Source: an uncultured Rhodobacteraceae bacterium (GTDB lineage Bacteria > Pseudomonadota > Alphaproteobacteria > Rhodobacterales > Rhodobacteraceae). From it: 64,000 bases of DNA. Both the position numbers and the translations under genes were made by a program. Of this stretch, positions 35,295 to 44,205 are shown in pieces. The stretch covers positions 23,641-87,640 of the forward strand of contig CANMIX010000013.1 of the NCBI GenBank assembly GCA_947497985.1, read 5' to 3'. The notes under the pieces are model-generated. The model made no database searches, was not told where the DNA came from, and saw only the letters and a list, made by a program, of their open reading frames with translations. The stretch's first letter is position 1; every line of letters starts with the position of its first letter.

Positions 35295-35582
35295 ATGGCG
35301 CTTTTGAAACAAACATGGGCGATTATGATCGTTCTGAGCTGGAGTTCTGCGGCGATCGCGGGCAGTTGTCTGCCGCCTGCTCCGCCCTGGATGCCGACCA
35401 ATGCCGATGACGTATGGGCCTATGCGGACCTGTTGAGGCGTGATGCGGAGACGTATTTTACCGAAGTTGAGCGGTACTTCCGTTGCCAGGACCTGGAGCG
35501 TCGTGAGATCTTCGAGCAAGCGCGCGTCGCCAGCGAAGACTACGCGCGCGTTTTGGAGCTTCTGGACGACGTGAGGAAATGA
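35295..35582 (+). CDS. secreted hypothetical protein (95 aa)
   Basis: Signal peptide MALLKQTWAIMIVLSWSSAAIAGS. Divergent from the virB operon. Confidence 0.5.
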   Translation: MALLKQTWAIMIVLSWSSAAIAGSCLPPAPPWMPTNADDVWAYADLLRRDAETYFTEVERYFRCQDLERREIFEQARVASEDYARVLELLDDVRK

Positions 35583-35692
35583 CACCTGTCCTCACGTAGA
35601 GAAAGATGCCTTTCAACAAAGCGGCGGCGAAGGTCGCCAACGCGCTGACGAAGTGAAATTGCGCTGCGACTGAACCAACGTCGACTTTCCAA

Positions 35693-36082
35693 CTAGCGGG
35701 CTTTTAAAGCATCCAACATCGGACAGTCGCTTTGTCCCTTTGCGCAGTTCGCGACCAGCTCGACCAGAGCCTTCTCAAGTTTCCGAAGCTCCGCCAGTTT
35801 CGCCTGAACGTCCGAGAGATGCTTGCTTCCAAGTCGCTCGACCGTCTCACATGCATCGGACGGTGCATCGGCGAGATTGCGAAGCGCAACTGCGTCTTGG
35901 ATGGAGAACCCAAGATCACGGCATCGTTTGATGAAGCGAAGCTCTGAAATCTCAGTGTCCGAATAAGCTCGTCGCCCAGAAGCAGTGCGGACTGCCTTTG
36001 ATATTATCCCCTCACGCTCATAGTAGCGGATCGTCTCTATTGAAACGCCACTAAGGCGGGATGCCTCACCAATCGCAATCAT
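35693..36082 (-). CDS. merR: MerR-family metal-responsive regulator (Hg-type cysteine pattern)
   Basis: HTH IGEASRLSGVSIETIRYYEREGI. Cysteines in DAC and NCAKGQSDCP. Divergent from merT-like genes. Confidence 0.8.
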   Translation of the reverse strand: MIAIGEASRLSGVSIETIRYYEREGIISKAVRTASGRRAYSDTEISELRFIKRCRDLGFSIQDAVALRNLADAPSDACETVERLGSKHLSDVQAKLAELRKLEKALVELVANCAKGQSDCPMLDALKAR

Positions 36083-36103
36083 GTGATCGAACTCCGCTTG
36101 CTT

Positions 36104-36118
36104 CTGTAGTGACTACAG
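36104..36118. promoter_or_regulatory. MerR-type operator dyad in the divergent promoter
   Basis: CTGTAGT-G-ACTACAG, a perfect palindrome between a TTGCTT -35-like hexamer and a TAAGAT -10-like hexamer with a long spacer, as in MerR-activated promoters. Confidence 0.65.
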
Positions 36119-36135
36119 GATGCATAAGATCAGCC

Positions 36136-36519
36136 ATGATGTCGAATACTGAAACTCTTCAAGATGAAACCAATGGGCCAAACCGACTGCTGATCGGCGG
36201 CGCTGGTCTGTTGGCTTTGCTAAGCGCATCCTGCTGCGTATTGCCGATTGGCCTTTCAATCATAGGGCTGGGTGGCACGTGGCTGGTTTTGCTTGGGCCA
36301 TTTGTCGAGTATCGCACCGAGATATTGGTTGTCGTGGGACTTGTACTTGCTTGGGGATGGTTCCGCCTTTGGCGGCGTTGGGCATGCGCAAAACGCAGGC
36401 GCTCAACTGTCGTTATGCTTGGCTTCACGACGCTGGCTTTCGCTCTCGCTGCCAGTTCACCTCTCTGGGAAGAAGACGCGGCGAGGACGATGTTTGCCTT
36501 GTTTAGGCAGTATCGATGA
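36136..36519 (+). CDS. MerT-like mercuric-ion transport membrane protein
   Basis: ATG 36136. First TM carries the vicinal cysteine pair LSASCCVLPIG, as in MerT/MerF. Confidence 0.65.
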   Translation: MMSNTETLQDETNGPNRLLIGGAGLLALLSASCCVLPIGLSIIGLGGTWLVLLGPFVEYRTEILVVVGLVLAWGWFRLWRRWACAKRRRSTVVMLGFTTLAFALAASSPLWEEDAARTMFALFRQYR

Positions 36520-36725
36520 GGGGCTGGTTGCTTCCACTGAGCCTGGGCGGTTTGGGATTGGCCGCGGTCTGCTGCCTGACGCCTTTTCTACCATGGCTGT
36601 TTTCGCTTCTTGGGATCAGCGGAGCACTCGGTTACGTCTATAGAGACGACGTGCTGCTGCCAATCCTTGCTGGATTTCTACTACTTACAGGATACGCGCT
36701 ATGGCGACGCAAACGAGCGAAGTGA
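36516..36725 (+). CDS. small two-TM protein with CC pair (MerF/MerE-like transporter)
   Basis: 69 aa. AAVCCLTPF motif in TM1. ATGA overlap with the previous gene. Confidence 0.55.
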   Translation: MRGWLLPLSLGGLGLAAVCCLTPFLPWLFSLLGISGALGYVYRDDVLLPILAGFLLLTGYALWRRKRAK

Positions 36726-36925
36726 ACTTTCAATCTACGATTACCTGCCCCGAATGTGGACACGCTACCGAAGAGACGATGCCGACGGATGCATGTCAGT
36801 GGTTCTATGAATGTAAGTCCTGCCACACTGTTCTAAAACCGCTCGAAGGGGACTGCTGCGTGTACTGCTCCTACGGCACGGTCAAATGTCCGCCAATCCA
36901 AGAGGGAGGCTCGTGCTGCGGGTGA
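36701..36925 (+). CDS. GDCCVxC-domain cysteine-rich protein
   Basis: Contains CPECG, CKSCH, EGDCCVYCSYG and a C-terminal SCCG. This family is known to associate with mer loci. Confidence 0.7.
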   Translation: MATQTSEVNFQSTITCPECGHATEETMPTDACQWFYECKSCHTVLKPLEGDCCVYCSYGTVKCPPIQEGGSCCG

Positions 36926-37342
36926 TCAGTGCTCGTTTTCGCAATGCTCATGGTCAGCAAGTGAAGCCAGAACGTAGCAGTCCTCGGACACACCATGTCC
37001 GTCGCATCCCTTGGCCATGCGAACCAACTCCCTTTCGAGCGCCTTCAGCTTTTTGACCTTCGCGCGAACATCCGCGAGTTGTGCCACCGCAATTTTCGTA
37101 GCGGCTTGGCATGACCGATCCGGGTGTTCCTGTAGCTCGATCAGGGACAAGATTGCCTCAATCGAAAAGCCCAGATCGCGTGCATGGCGGATGAAACTGA
37201 GCCGTTCCAATCCCGCTTTGTCATAGCGTCTTTGGTTGCCGCTTGTGCGCTCGGCCTCCACCAACAGGCCCATCTCCTCATAGTAGCGGATGGTTGGAAC
37301 CTTGACCTTGGTGCGTCTTGAAAGCTCGCCGATAGAAAACAT
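36926..37342 (-). CDS. MerR-family heavy-metal regulator (CadR/ZntR-like)
   Basis: ATG 37342 (MFSIGELSRRTKVKVPTIRYYEEMGLL). C-terminal Cys/His cluster CDGHG...DC...HEHCENEH. Confidence 0.8.
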   Translation of the reverse strand: MFSIGELSRRTKVKVPTIRYYEEMGLLVEAERTSGNQRRYDKAGLERLSFIRHARDLGFSIEAILSLIELQEHPDRSCQAATKIAVAQLADVRAKVKKLKALERELVRMAKGCDGHGVSEDCYVLASLADHEHCENEH

Positions 37343-37359
37343 GAAGAAACCTCTTGAAC

Positions 37360-37374
37360 CTCTAGTCACTAGAG
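37360..37374. promoter_or_regulatory. MerR-type operator dyad
   Basis: CTCTAGT-C-ACTAGAG, a perfect palindrome just after TTGAAC (37354-37359). Same architecture as the dyad at 36104-36118. Confidence 0.65.
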
Positions 37375-37412
37375 ATTGTAAATAGGGTGGGACACAGACT
37401 CAAGAGGCTACG

Positions 37413-38183
37413 ATGACCGATCAATTCCTGTCCCCAACATCCCTTCTGGATTTCGAGGCTGGCCCTATTCAGCGCCTTGTTGCTGATCGTGGCTGGATGA
37501 ACCTTTCAAACGCCGACCGTATCGGTGCCGCCTATGACTTTGTCCGCAACGAAATCCTGTTCGGTTACAACTCCGATGATGCGCTGCCGGCGTCCAGGGT
37601 GCTGTCCGATGGCTATGGGCAGTGCAACACGAAGGGCACCTTGCTGATGGCGCTTCTGCGCGCCCTTGGTGTGCCGTGCCGCTTTCACGGTTTCACCATC
37701 GACAAGCGGTTGCAGCGCGGAGTCGTGCCAGAGCTGGTCTATCCGCTTGCCCCTGCCAACATCATCCACTCTTGGGTCGAAATCCATCATAGAGAGCAGT
37801 GGTTGAACCTGGAGGGCTTCATCCTGGATGCACCCATCCTGGCGGCGCTGCAAAATGCTTTTCCAGAACGTCAATCGCTCTGCGCCTATGGTGCTGGCAC
37901 GGATTGTCTTCAGAACCCAAACGTCGAATGGCACGGGGTCAGTACCTATATTCAAAAAACCGGAATCAACAACGACTTCGGCACCTTCGATGACCCCGAT
38001 GCCTTTTATGCAACCCACCGTCAGCTGACCGGCGTGAAGGGGCTTCTCTATCGTGTCATCATTCGCCATTGGATGAACCACCGCGTCAGGAGGATGCGCA
38101 AAGGCCACGTGCCGGATATTCCCGGCGGCGAAGCAGCCCTTGTTCCAGATCAATCAATCCCTGAAACGCAGGAGGCAACCTAA
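37413..38183 (+). CDS. transglutaminase-like cysteine protease-fold protein
   Basis: Core DGYGQCNTKGTLLMALLRALGVP (catalytic Cys context) and a downstream HSWVE His. Confidence 0.6.
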   Translation: MTDQFLSPTSLLDFEAGPIQRLVADRGWMNLSNADRIGAAYDFVRNEILFGYNSDDALPASRVLSDGYGQCNTKGTLLMALLRALGVPCRFHGFTIDKRLQRGVVPELVYPLAPANIIHSWVEIHHREQWLNLEGFILDAPILAALQNAFPERQSLCAYGAGTDCLQNPNVEWHGVSTYIQKTGINNDFGTFDDPDAFYATHRQLTGVKGLLYRVIIRHWMNHRVRRMRKGHVPDIPGGEAALVPDQSIPETQEAT

Positions 38184-38818
38184 TGCCTGGATGCTGTGGA
38201 CACGATGCCAAATTCGAAGGCGTCTCGGACGACTATAAACGGCGGCTTTGGATCGTCATTGCCCTGAACGCAACGATGTTCGTGGTCGAGATGGCTGCGG
38301 GCCATCTGGCCAACTCGCAAGCCCTGCAAGCGGATGCCCTCGACTTCGCAGGCGACGCCCTGACCTACGGCATTTCGCTGGCGGTCATCGGGGCTTCAAT
38401 CAGAGCGCGCACGAACGCCGCCTTGTTCAAGGGGGTCAGCCTTCTGTTGATGGGGTTGTGGGTCTTCGGCTCTACCGTCTACCGCGTCTTCTACGTTGGT
38501 GTCCCAACCGCCGAGATCATGGGTGCAGTGGGCTTTCTTGCCCTGCTCACCAATCTGGCGAGTGTTCTCTTGCTTGTCAGATACAAAGACGGCGACGCCA
38601 ACGTTCGGTCAGTTTGGCTGTGCTCGCGCAACGACGCTATTGGAAATGTCGCGGTCATGTTTGCTGCGTTAGGCGTCTGGGGCACGGCAAGTGGCTGGCC
38701 GGACTTGATCGTCGCAACCGTCATGGCGGGACTGTTTCTGTCCTCGGCCTATCAGATCGTGCGCCAGGCTCTCGCGGAGCGCCGCCAGATGATCGAGCAC
38801 GGGCATGTAGAAACATGA
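38183..38818 (+). CDS. cation diffusion facilitator (CDF) family metal efflux protein
   Basis: 211 aa, six TM-like segments, HLANSQALQADALDFAGDA motif typical of the CzcD/ZitB family. Confidence 0.75.
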   Translation: MPGCCGHDAKFEGVSDDYKRRLWIVIALNATMFVVEMAAGHLANSQALQADALDFAGDALTYGISLAVIGASIRARTNAALFKGVSLLLMGLWVFGSTVYRVFYVGVPTAEIMGAVGFLALLTNLASVLLLVRYKDGDANVRSVWLCSRNDAIGNVAVMFAALGVWGTASGWPDLIVATVMAGLFLSSAYQIVRQALAERRQMIEHGHVET

Positions 38819-39366
38819 TGCAGACAGCTATCATCTATCTCGGCTTCGGGGTTGCAGCAGCGACGCTCACAGCAATCCTATGGTCGATTGTTTTTCCCAA
38901 GCGCCGCATATGGCCGCCGAAACAGTATACCGCCCTTACGCCAGTGTTCGTCTGGGTGCCGACTTTCACGCTGTTCGGCATCCTCATCGTCTTGGGGATA
39001 CTGGGTTGGGGCAACGCCGCCATTCAAGGTTGGCTGCGCTTCGGGGTCGGACTTCCACTAATAGTGATCGGCAATGTCATTGTCTGGCTGGAGGTCTCGC
39101 ACTTCGGAGTGCCCCAGACGGGTGGTGCCAAGGGCACGCTGCGCACCGAAGGCATGTATCGGTATTCTCGAAATCCGCAATATGTGGCCGATATTGCTAT
39201 CGTCGGCGGGTGGATGATCTTGTCAGCTGCGCCCTGGGTGTTCGCGGTTGGCGCTCCGGTAATTGCGATATTGGTGGTCACCCCATTTGCTGAAGAGCGT
39301 TGGCTAAAGGATCAGTACGGCACTGCGTTTGAGGATTATGCTAAACGGGTCAGACGGTTTTTCTGA
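38815..39366 (+). CDS. ICMT/PEMT-family membrane methyltransferase
   Basis: ATG 38815 overlaps the CDF stop (ATGA). GMYRYSRNPQYVADI motif. The upstream part of the 372-aa track ORF is out of frame with the CDF gene and is discounted. Confidence 0.65.
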   Translation: MMQTAIIYLGFGVAAATLTAILWSIVFPKRRIWPPKQYTALTPVFVWVPTFTLFGILIVLGILGWGNAAIQGWLRFGVGLPLIVIGNVIVWLEVSHFGVPQTGGAKGTLRTEGMYRYSRNPQYVADIAIVGGWMILSAAPWVFAVGAPVIAILVVTPFAEERWLKDQYGTAFEDYAKRVRRFF

Positions 39367-39507
39367 AAGTTGAATGAGCGACAAAACCGACCTTCGCTAT
39401 TTTACGTCAACCTGCCGTCCAAAGTTGCTCAATCTTATGGTGACAGTCTCGGGCAAAATACCCGTTGGCTGTGCAAGCTCCAATCACTGCTTCTTGGCTG
39501 GATCGCA

Positions 39508-40035
39508 TCAGTGATGCGGATCTTCACCGGAAGCCATCTGTATGTGGTGCGCCTGATGGTGCGCACCGATTGTCATAACGCCGAAGAACCCGAGGCCAAG
39601 GACGCGGGCAAGCTCCTGTTCGGTCTGGACCTCGATGCGCATGGTCGCTCCGTCCGTGGACGGTTCAGCAGTCACCGTCCATCCAGTTGCCAATTCCAAC
39701 ATCGGTGAATGTGCCGTCGCCATGCGCGCGACGGCATCGGCCACAATCCCCTCGCCGGTAACGCGAAACTCGACTTTCCTGCCTTCGGTCTGAGTGTTCA
39801 CGGTCGCTTGGGTCGTGACCAACTCCATATCCACGAGGTGATCGCGCAGCGCCTGAATATTGACCTTGGTCCAGTCGGTACCGGGGTCGTCTGACAGGAT
39901 TTGTACGATTTCCGAAATTGCGGCGAAGGCGGACTGCCCTGTTTCCAAAGGGCCGTCCGAGCCCTGATGGGCATGTTGGGCGGCGGCTGGAAGGGCTATG
40001 AGCGCCACGATGGCGCAAAGTGTCGTTCTGATCAT
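39508..40035 (-). CDS. periplasmic His-rich hypothetical protein
   Basis: Signal peptide MIRTTLCAIVALIALPAAAQ. N-terminal HAHQ and C-terminal HHQAHHIQMASGEDPHH. Confidence 0.5.
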   Translation of the reverse strand: MIRTTLCAIVALIALPAAAQHAHQGSDGPLETGQSAFAAISEIVQILSDDPGTDWTKVNIQALRDHLVDMELVTTQATVNTQTEGRKVEFRVTGEGIVADAVARMATAHSPMLELATGWTVTAEPSTDGATMRIEVQTEQELARVLGLGFFGVMTIGAHHQAHHIQMASGEDPHH

Positions 40036-40110
40036 GGTATGTCCGTTCTTGCATTTGGGGTTGGTGGCTTGCTACACCCCAGACGCAGATCCGAATATGA
40101 TTGAAATCAC

Positions 40111-40701
40111 ATGTTACCCACCCCGTTCGGCGCATTGGATGAAAAATCTCTGTCTCAAATGCGTTATTCCATTGGAGACCACGTGTTCCGGCAGGGCGAC
40201 ACCACAAAGGGCATATTCTTTGTGGCGTCAGGTGGCATCTGCCTAACTCGCGTGACGGAATCTGGAAACTCCGTAACGATCTACAACGCTCAGACTGGCG
40301 ACATGTTTGCCGAAGCATCCATTTATTCGGATCACTACCACTGCGACGCGATTTGTACTGCTCCATCCGAAGTTGTTCGGATTTCGAAGCAAGCCATCCA
40401 GAAGCAACTACGTGAAGACACGGCTTTTTCGGAAGGGATCACCAAGCGATTGGCGGTGCAGGTGCAGGATTACCGCCAGCTATTGACGCTGCACGCTATG
40501 AAATCAGCGAACGACCGCGTATTGCTGGCGGTAGAATTGGGCAAGCTGACCGGTTCGGTCACACAATTCGCCAACCAGATCGGGTTGACCAAAGAAGCCT
40601 GCTATCGGGCCCTCAGAGATCTGTCTGATCGGGGATTGCTGACAAAAACCGGGCGCGGGCGCTATGCTCCCACGCCACGTAGCGAAGACCGCCTTCCTTA
40701 G
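40111..40701 (+). CDS. Crp/Fnr-family transcriptional regulator
   Basis: cNMP-binding-like N-domain (GDTTKGIFFVASGGICL). C-terminal HTH (TQFANQIGLTKEACYRALRDL). Confidence 0.75.
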   Translation: MLPTPFGALDEKSLSQMRYSIGDHVFRQGDTTKGIFFVASGGICLTRVTESGNSVTIYNAQTGDMFAEASIYSDHYHCDAICTAPSEVVRISKQAIQKQLREDTAFSEGITKRLAVQVQDYRQLLTLHAMKSANDRVLLAVELGKLTGSVTQFANQIGLTKEACYRALRDLSDRGLLTKTGRGRYAPTPRSEDRLP

Positions 40702-41129
40702 TTGTGCGGTGGGTTGCGACCGGCTTGAATTTGCTGAACGCGGTCCGGCCAGGTTGATCTGATATAGGCCAGGATGTCCCAAATATCGTCATCGGTGAGA
40801 GCATCGCCAAAACCCGGCATACCGCTTGCGAAGCCGGTGATACCGCGCGCAGCCAATGCTTCCTCTCCACCAAGCCGAGTGTATTCGAACAAAAGCTGGT
40901 TATCGTGGTGCCATGTGTGCCCGGTCTCATCATGGGGCGGTGCGGGCAAGACGCCGTTTTCATCAGGCGTGCGCCAGTCGGGTTTCCCTTCAAGACTGGC
41001 CCCATGGCAGGACGCGCATTGTTCGCTGTAGAGGGTTTGACCATTGGTCAAATCTCGGTCATCCAATTCGTGACCGGCGATTGCACCGGTCGCGATACAG
41101 CATGCGGCAATGATCAAAACGCGTTTCAT
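40698..41129 (-). CDS. c-type cytochrome
   Basis: ATG 41129 (MKRVLIIAACC...). Heme motif CASCHG. ATGA overlap with the oxidase stop. Confidence 0.75.
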   Translation of the reverse strand: MKRVLIIAACCIATGAIAGHELDDRDLTNGQTLYSEQCASCHGASLEGKPDWRTPDENGVLPAPPHDETGHTWHHDNQLLFEYTRLGGEEALAARGITGFASGMPGFGDALTDDDIWDILAYIRSTWPDRVQQIQAGRNPPHN

Positions 41130-42445
41130 GCGACTTCCACCCATGTCTTCATGCCCGCCGCTTGATGGCCTAGCATGTGGCAGTGCAACAGCCATTTCCC
41201 GGGGTTGTCGAACACGCAGACGATGTCGCGGGCCTCACCTGCATCCACAAGTGTGGTGTCTCGAAAAGCGCCCAGATTGTTGTCAGCCCGGACCTCAAAG
41301 AAATGATGCCCGTGCAGATGGATGCCATGCGGGAAACGGGTGTCGTTCACCAGACGAATACGCGCTGTCTGCCCACGTTCGAACAGATGAAACGGGGTAT
41401 CCGTCAGACCGGACTGCCCGTTGAACGCCCAGATATCGCCACCCATCATACCTTGCATCATGCGACGGCTCATGGCCCCACCTTCCATGGTAAGCGTCAG
41501 GGAAACCGCATTGTCTAAGTCGGGCTGCGTAACCTCGTTTGGTAGCAACGCAGAAATCTCCGATGGTTGCCGCTCCGTGTTCGCGTCCTCAACGGGGATT
41601 TCACCCAGCAAGTAGGGGCCGTCCTGCGTGGGAAACATGAAGGCGATTTGGTCCGGGGAAGTGATGTCCGCGATGATATCCGCGCGTTGGGCCGGGGCAA
41701 GAATGAGACTGGATAACTCCTGTGGACTGACAAGGGGCATTCCGTCATTTGCAACGATCTTGCCGTCGACACCTTCAATCTCAATCGGGAAAATCCTGTC
41801 GGTCGCAACATTGATCAGACGAAGGCGCACACGATCACCACGACGGACGGGCGTGCTCGGTTCGACAAGAGCACGGGCATAGTTGCCGAGCCGCCCCTGA
41901 TGCGCCTGATCGTGCATATTTTCGAAACCATCGGCCAGCGTGCCCGCTTCGGTCATGCGCCAATCATCTATCAACACGATCAAATCGTGATCCACGTCCG
42001 GTGGCGTCAACTCTTCCACGATCAACGGGCCATAGAGTCCCTTTGCAACCTGTTCCCAAGATCGGTTGTGCGAATGGTACCAGAAGGTGCCTGCATCCGG
42101 CGCACGGAAACGATAGGCGAACTCGGCATCCACTTCGACGACGTCTTGCGTCAGGCCCGGAACGCCATCCATTGCATTGTCGATACGCAGCCCATGCCAA
42201 TGCACCGCCGATCCCTCGCCGATCTGGTTCCGGAACCGGATGTCAAAGATTTCTCCCTGACGGGTCCGCAGCACTGGTCCGGGCGTGCTGCCGTTGAATC
42301 CCAGCATAGGCGTTGCCGGTTCCCCAACGGGCAGGATTTGCGCGCTGACCGGCTGCGCAACCAGTTCCGTTGGGGTCGAAGCAAGTGTGATACGCGGAAC
42401 CAATGCCGCCACGCTTGTCGTGATCAAGAATTCTCGTCTGTTCAT
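41126..42445 (-). CDS. multicopper oxidase
   Basis: Tat-type signal MNRREFLITT. Copper motifs VHWHGL, WYHSH, HLHGHHF, HCHMLGHQAAGM. Confidence 0.88.
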   Translation of the reverse strand: MNRREFLITTSVAALVPRITLASTPTELVAQPVSAQILPVGEPATPMLGFNGSTPGPVLRTRQGEIFDIRFRNQIGEGSAVHWHGLRIDNAMDGVPGLTQDVVEVDAEFAYRFRAPDAGTFWYHSHNRSWEQVAKGLYGPLIVEELTPPDVDHDLIVLIDDWRMTEAGTLADGFENMHDQAHQGRLGNYARALVEPSTPVRRGDRVRLRLINVATDRIFPIEIEGVDGKIVANDGMPLVSPQELSSLILAPAQRADIIADITSPDQIAFMFPTQDGPYLLGEIPVEDANTERQPSEISALLPNEVTQPDLDNAVSLTLTMEGGAMSRRMMQGMMGGDIWAFNGQSGLTDTPFHLFERGQTARIRLVNDTRFPHGIHLHGHHFFEVRADNNLGAFRDTTLVDAGEARDIVCVFDNPGKWLLHCHMLGHQAAGMKTWVEVA

Positions 42446-42453
42446 GGAAGGCC

Positions 42454-43326
42454 TCAGTTCGGAAGGGTCTGAACGCTGGTGAGTGTTGCGGTTGCCGCAA
42501 GCACGACCAGGATGACCGCTGTTTCAATTTCGATGGAGCGCGCCAGATGCTGCGCGGCTTTGCTGTCTCCGGCCTGCATGGCGGGAACAAAGCGAAGCTT
42601 GTTTGCGGCTGCCAGAATCAGGATCGCGCCGACAAGCACCAGCTTGATCAGAAGGGTTTGCCCATACCCGGTTGACAAGAGTGCCCTCAGATCGCCCAGC
42701 AACAGCCAGGCCATCAACAGGCCTGCCAGGATCAGCACCGGGACAATCACTGCCGCCGCTTGCCCAAAACGATGCCCCAGCAGGGCCGCGTCGTCCAAGT
42801 GTTCTGGCAGTCGTGACAGGTTCCGTAAGGGGCCAAGGATACCGATCCAGAACGCGATACCAAGAAGGTGCAATAGAAGGAGCAGACGGATGCCAGTTTG
42901 CTGCAAATCAGGTACGTGCCCGATTTTTGCAAAGGACCATAAGGCAATGGTCCCGCCAGCAAGTGAAACCCACGTCCCAAAACGGGGAATGAACATTCCC
43001 GCGATTAGGATTGCCACACCAACAACCCGATAAACCAAAACGTCGCCAACCGGTGTTTGCCACAACAGCCCGAGCATTTCGGGATCCGTCATGCCATCGG
43101 CTCCACCCGTCAGAGCGGCCCCGCGCAGCATGAAGCCGAACACCGCTGCGAAAATGGCAAGTCCCGCCAACACCACAGCCTTCGCCTTGATCCGGCGGCA
43201 TAGTGGTAGCACCAGATTTGGAAAGGCCGCTAGAATGATCACAAGCCCGGTCGACCCAACGACGCCAAAATACAGCGTCAGTTTGGCGAATATCGCGGCT
43301 ATTCCCCAGATATCCGGCATGGTCAT
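42454..43326 (-). CDS. copD: copper resistance protein CopD
   Basis: Polytopic membrane protein. ATG 43326 overlaps the copC stop (ATGA). Confidence 0.7.
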   Translation of the reverse strand: MTMPDIWGIAAIFAKLTLYFGVVGSTGLVIILAAFPNLVLPLCRRIKAKAVVLAGLAIFAAVFGFMLRGAALTGGADGMTDPEMLGLLWQTPVGDVLVYRVVGVAILIAGMFIPRFGTWVSLAGGTIALWSFAKIGHVPDLQQTGIRLLLLLHLLGIAFWIGILGPLRNLSRLPEHLDDAALLGHRFGQAAAVIVPVLILAGLLMAWLLLGDLRALLSTGYGQTLLIKLVLVGAILILAAANKLRFVPAMQAGDSKAAQHLARSIEIETAVILVVLAATATLTSVQTLPN

Positions 43327-43664
43327 TCCACCGTGAACGAGAATTCGCCCTGCATGGCGTGCCCGTCTGAACCTAATCCCCGCCATTCGATGCGGTAGGT
43401 GCCTTTCCCCATGCCTTCGAGGGGCAGCGTGAACACACGGTCAAAGCTCGTCTGATCCCCGAGATCAAGCCGGACAGACGGATGATCCTGATGGTGCATA
43501 TCAACCCGTGTAAGACGGATATCATTGGCAAAGTTGAAGCTGATCTCGGGCGGGACTTCCGTGATTGTCGCGCCATTCTCAGGCGTTGTGTGATCTACGG
43601 GTGAATGCGCAAACGCACTGGTCGCCAGAACGGTCATCAACGCAAATGTGGTAAGTTTGTTCAT
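43323..43664 (-). CDS. copC: periplasmic copper-binding protein CopC
   Basis: Signal peptide, then mature N-terminus HSPVDH. 113 aa. Precedes copD. Confidence 0.8.
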   Translation of the reverse strand: MNKLTTFALMTVLATSAFAHSPVDHTTPENGATITEVPPEISFNFANDIRLTRVDMHHQDHPSVRLDLGDQTSFDRVFTLPLEGMGKGTYRIEWRGLGSDGHAMQGEFSFTVE

Positions 43665-43675
43665 TTGAGTATTCC

Positions 43676-44107
43676 TTAGTTTATTCCATTGGCACGCTGG
43701 ATTTCGCGGATGTAGGCGGTGACCATGGCAACGTCACCACGGGTCAAGCCTTCGACCGGTGGCATGTCACCAAAACGCCAGTGATGGCTTCTGACTCCGT
43801 TCGCGACAGCGCGCTGAAAGGATTCGTCAGCGTGATGGCTGGGCTCATAGATCACATGGATCAATGGTGGTCCCGCGCCCTCAACACCAACAGCGTTGGT
43901 GCCGTGACAGGCGGTACAGGTATTCTCGAATATGCGTTGGCCTATCGCTGCGTTGCCGTCGATTTGCGGCATCTGGATCGCAACAATTGCGTTACCTTCA
44001 ACAGGTGCCGCTTGCGCGACTTCCTCTGCGGGGCCGGGTCGAAGAACGAGGTATGCAGCGACGGCTGCCACGGCGCACGCGCCGATCACGATGTATTTTT
44101 TGTTCAT
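43676..44107 (-). CDS. membrane-anchored c-type cytochrome
   Basis: ATG 44107 (MNKKYIVIGACAV...). Heme motif CTACHG. Confidence 0.7.
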   Translation of the reverse strand: MNKKYIVIGACAVAAVAAYLVLRPGPAEEVAQAAPVEGNAIVAIQMPQIDGNAAIGQRIFENTCTACHGTNAVGVEGAGPPLIHVIYEPSHHADESFQRAVANGVRSHHWRFGDMPPVEGLTRGDVAMVTAYIREIQRANGIN

Positions 44108-44205
44108 GGATTGGTCCTTACCTTGTGAAACAGGGGCGGGCCGCAGTGTTCCTGCGACCTTTCTAAAACGCTGATCACTCACGCAAGCAGCGCTGAAATC
44201 CTGAT

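Noticed and set aside
38248-38814. 5-prime two thirds of the 372-aa plus-strand ORF
   Set aside because: Out-of-frame overlap with the CDF transporter gene. Only the part from ATG 38815 (ICMT-like protein) looks real.
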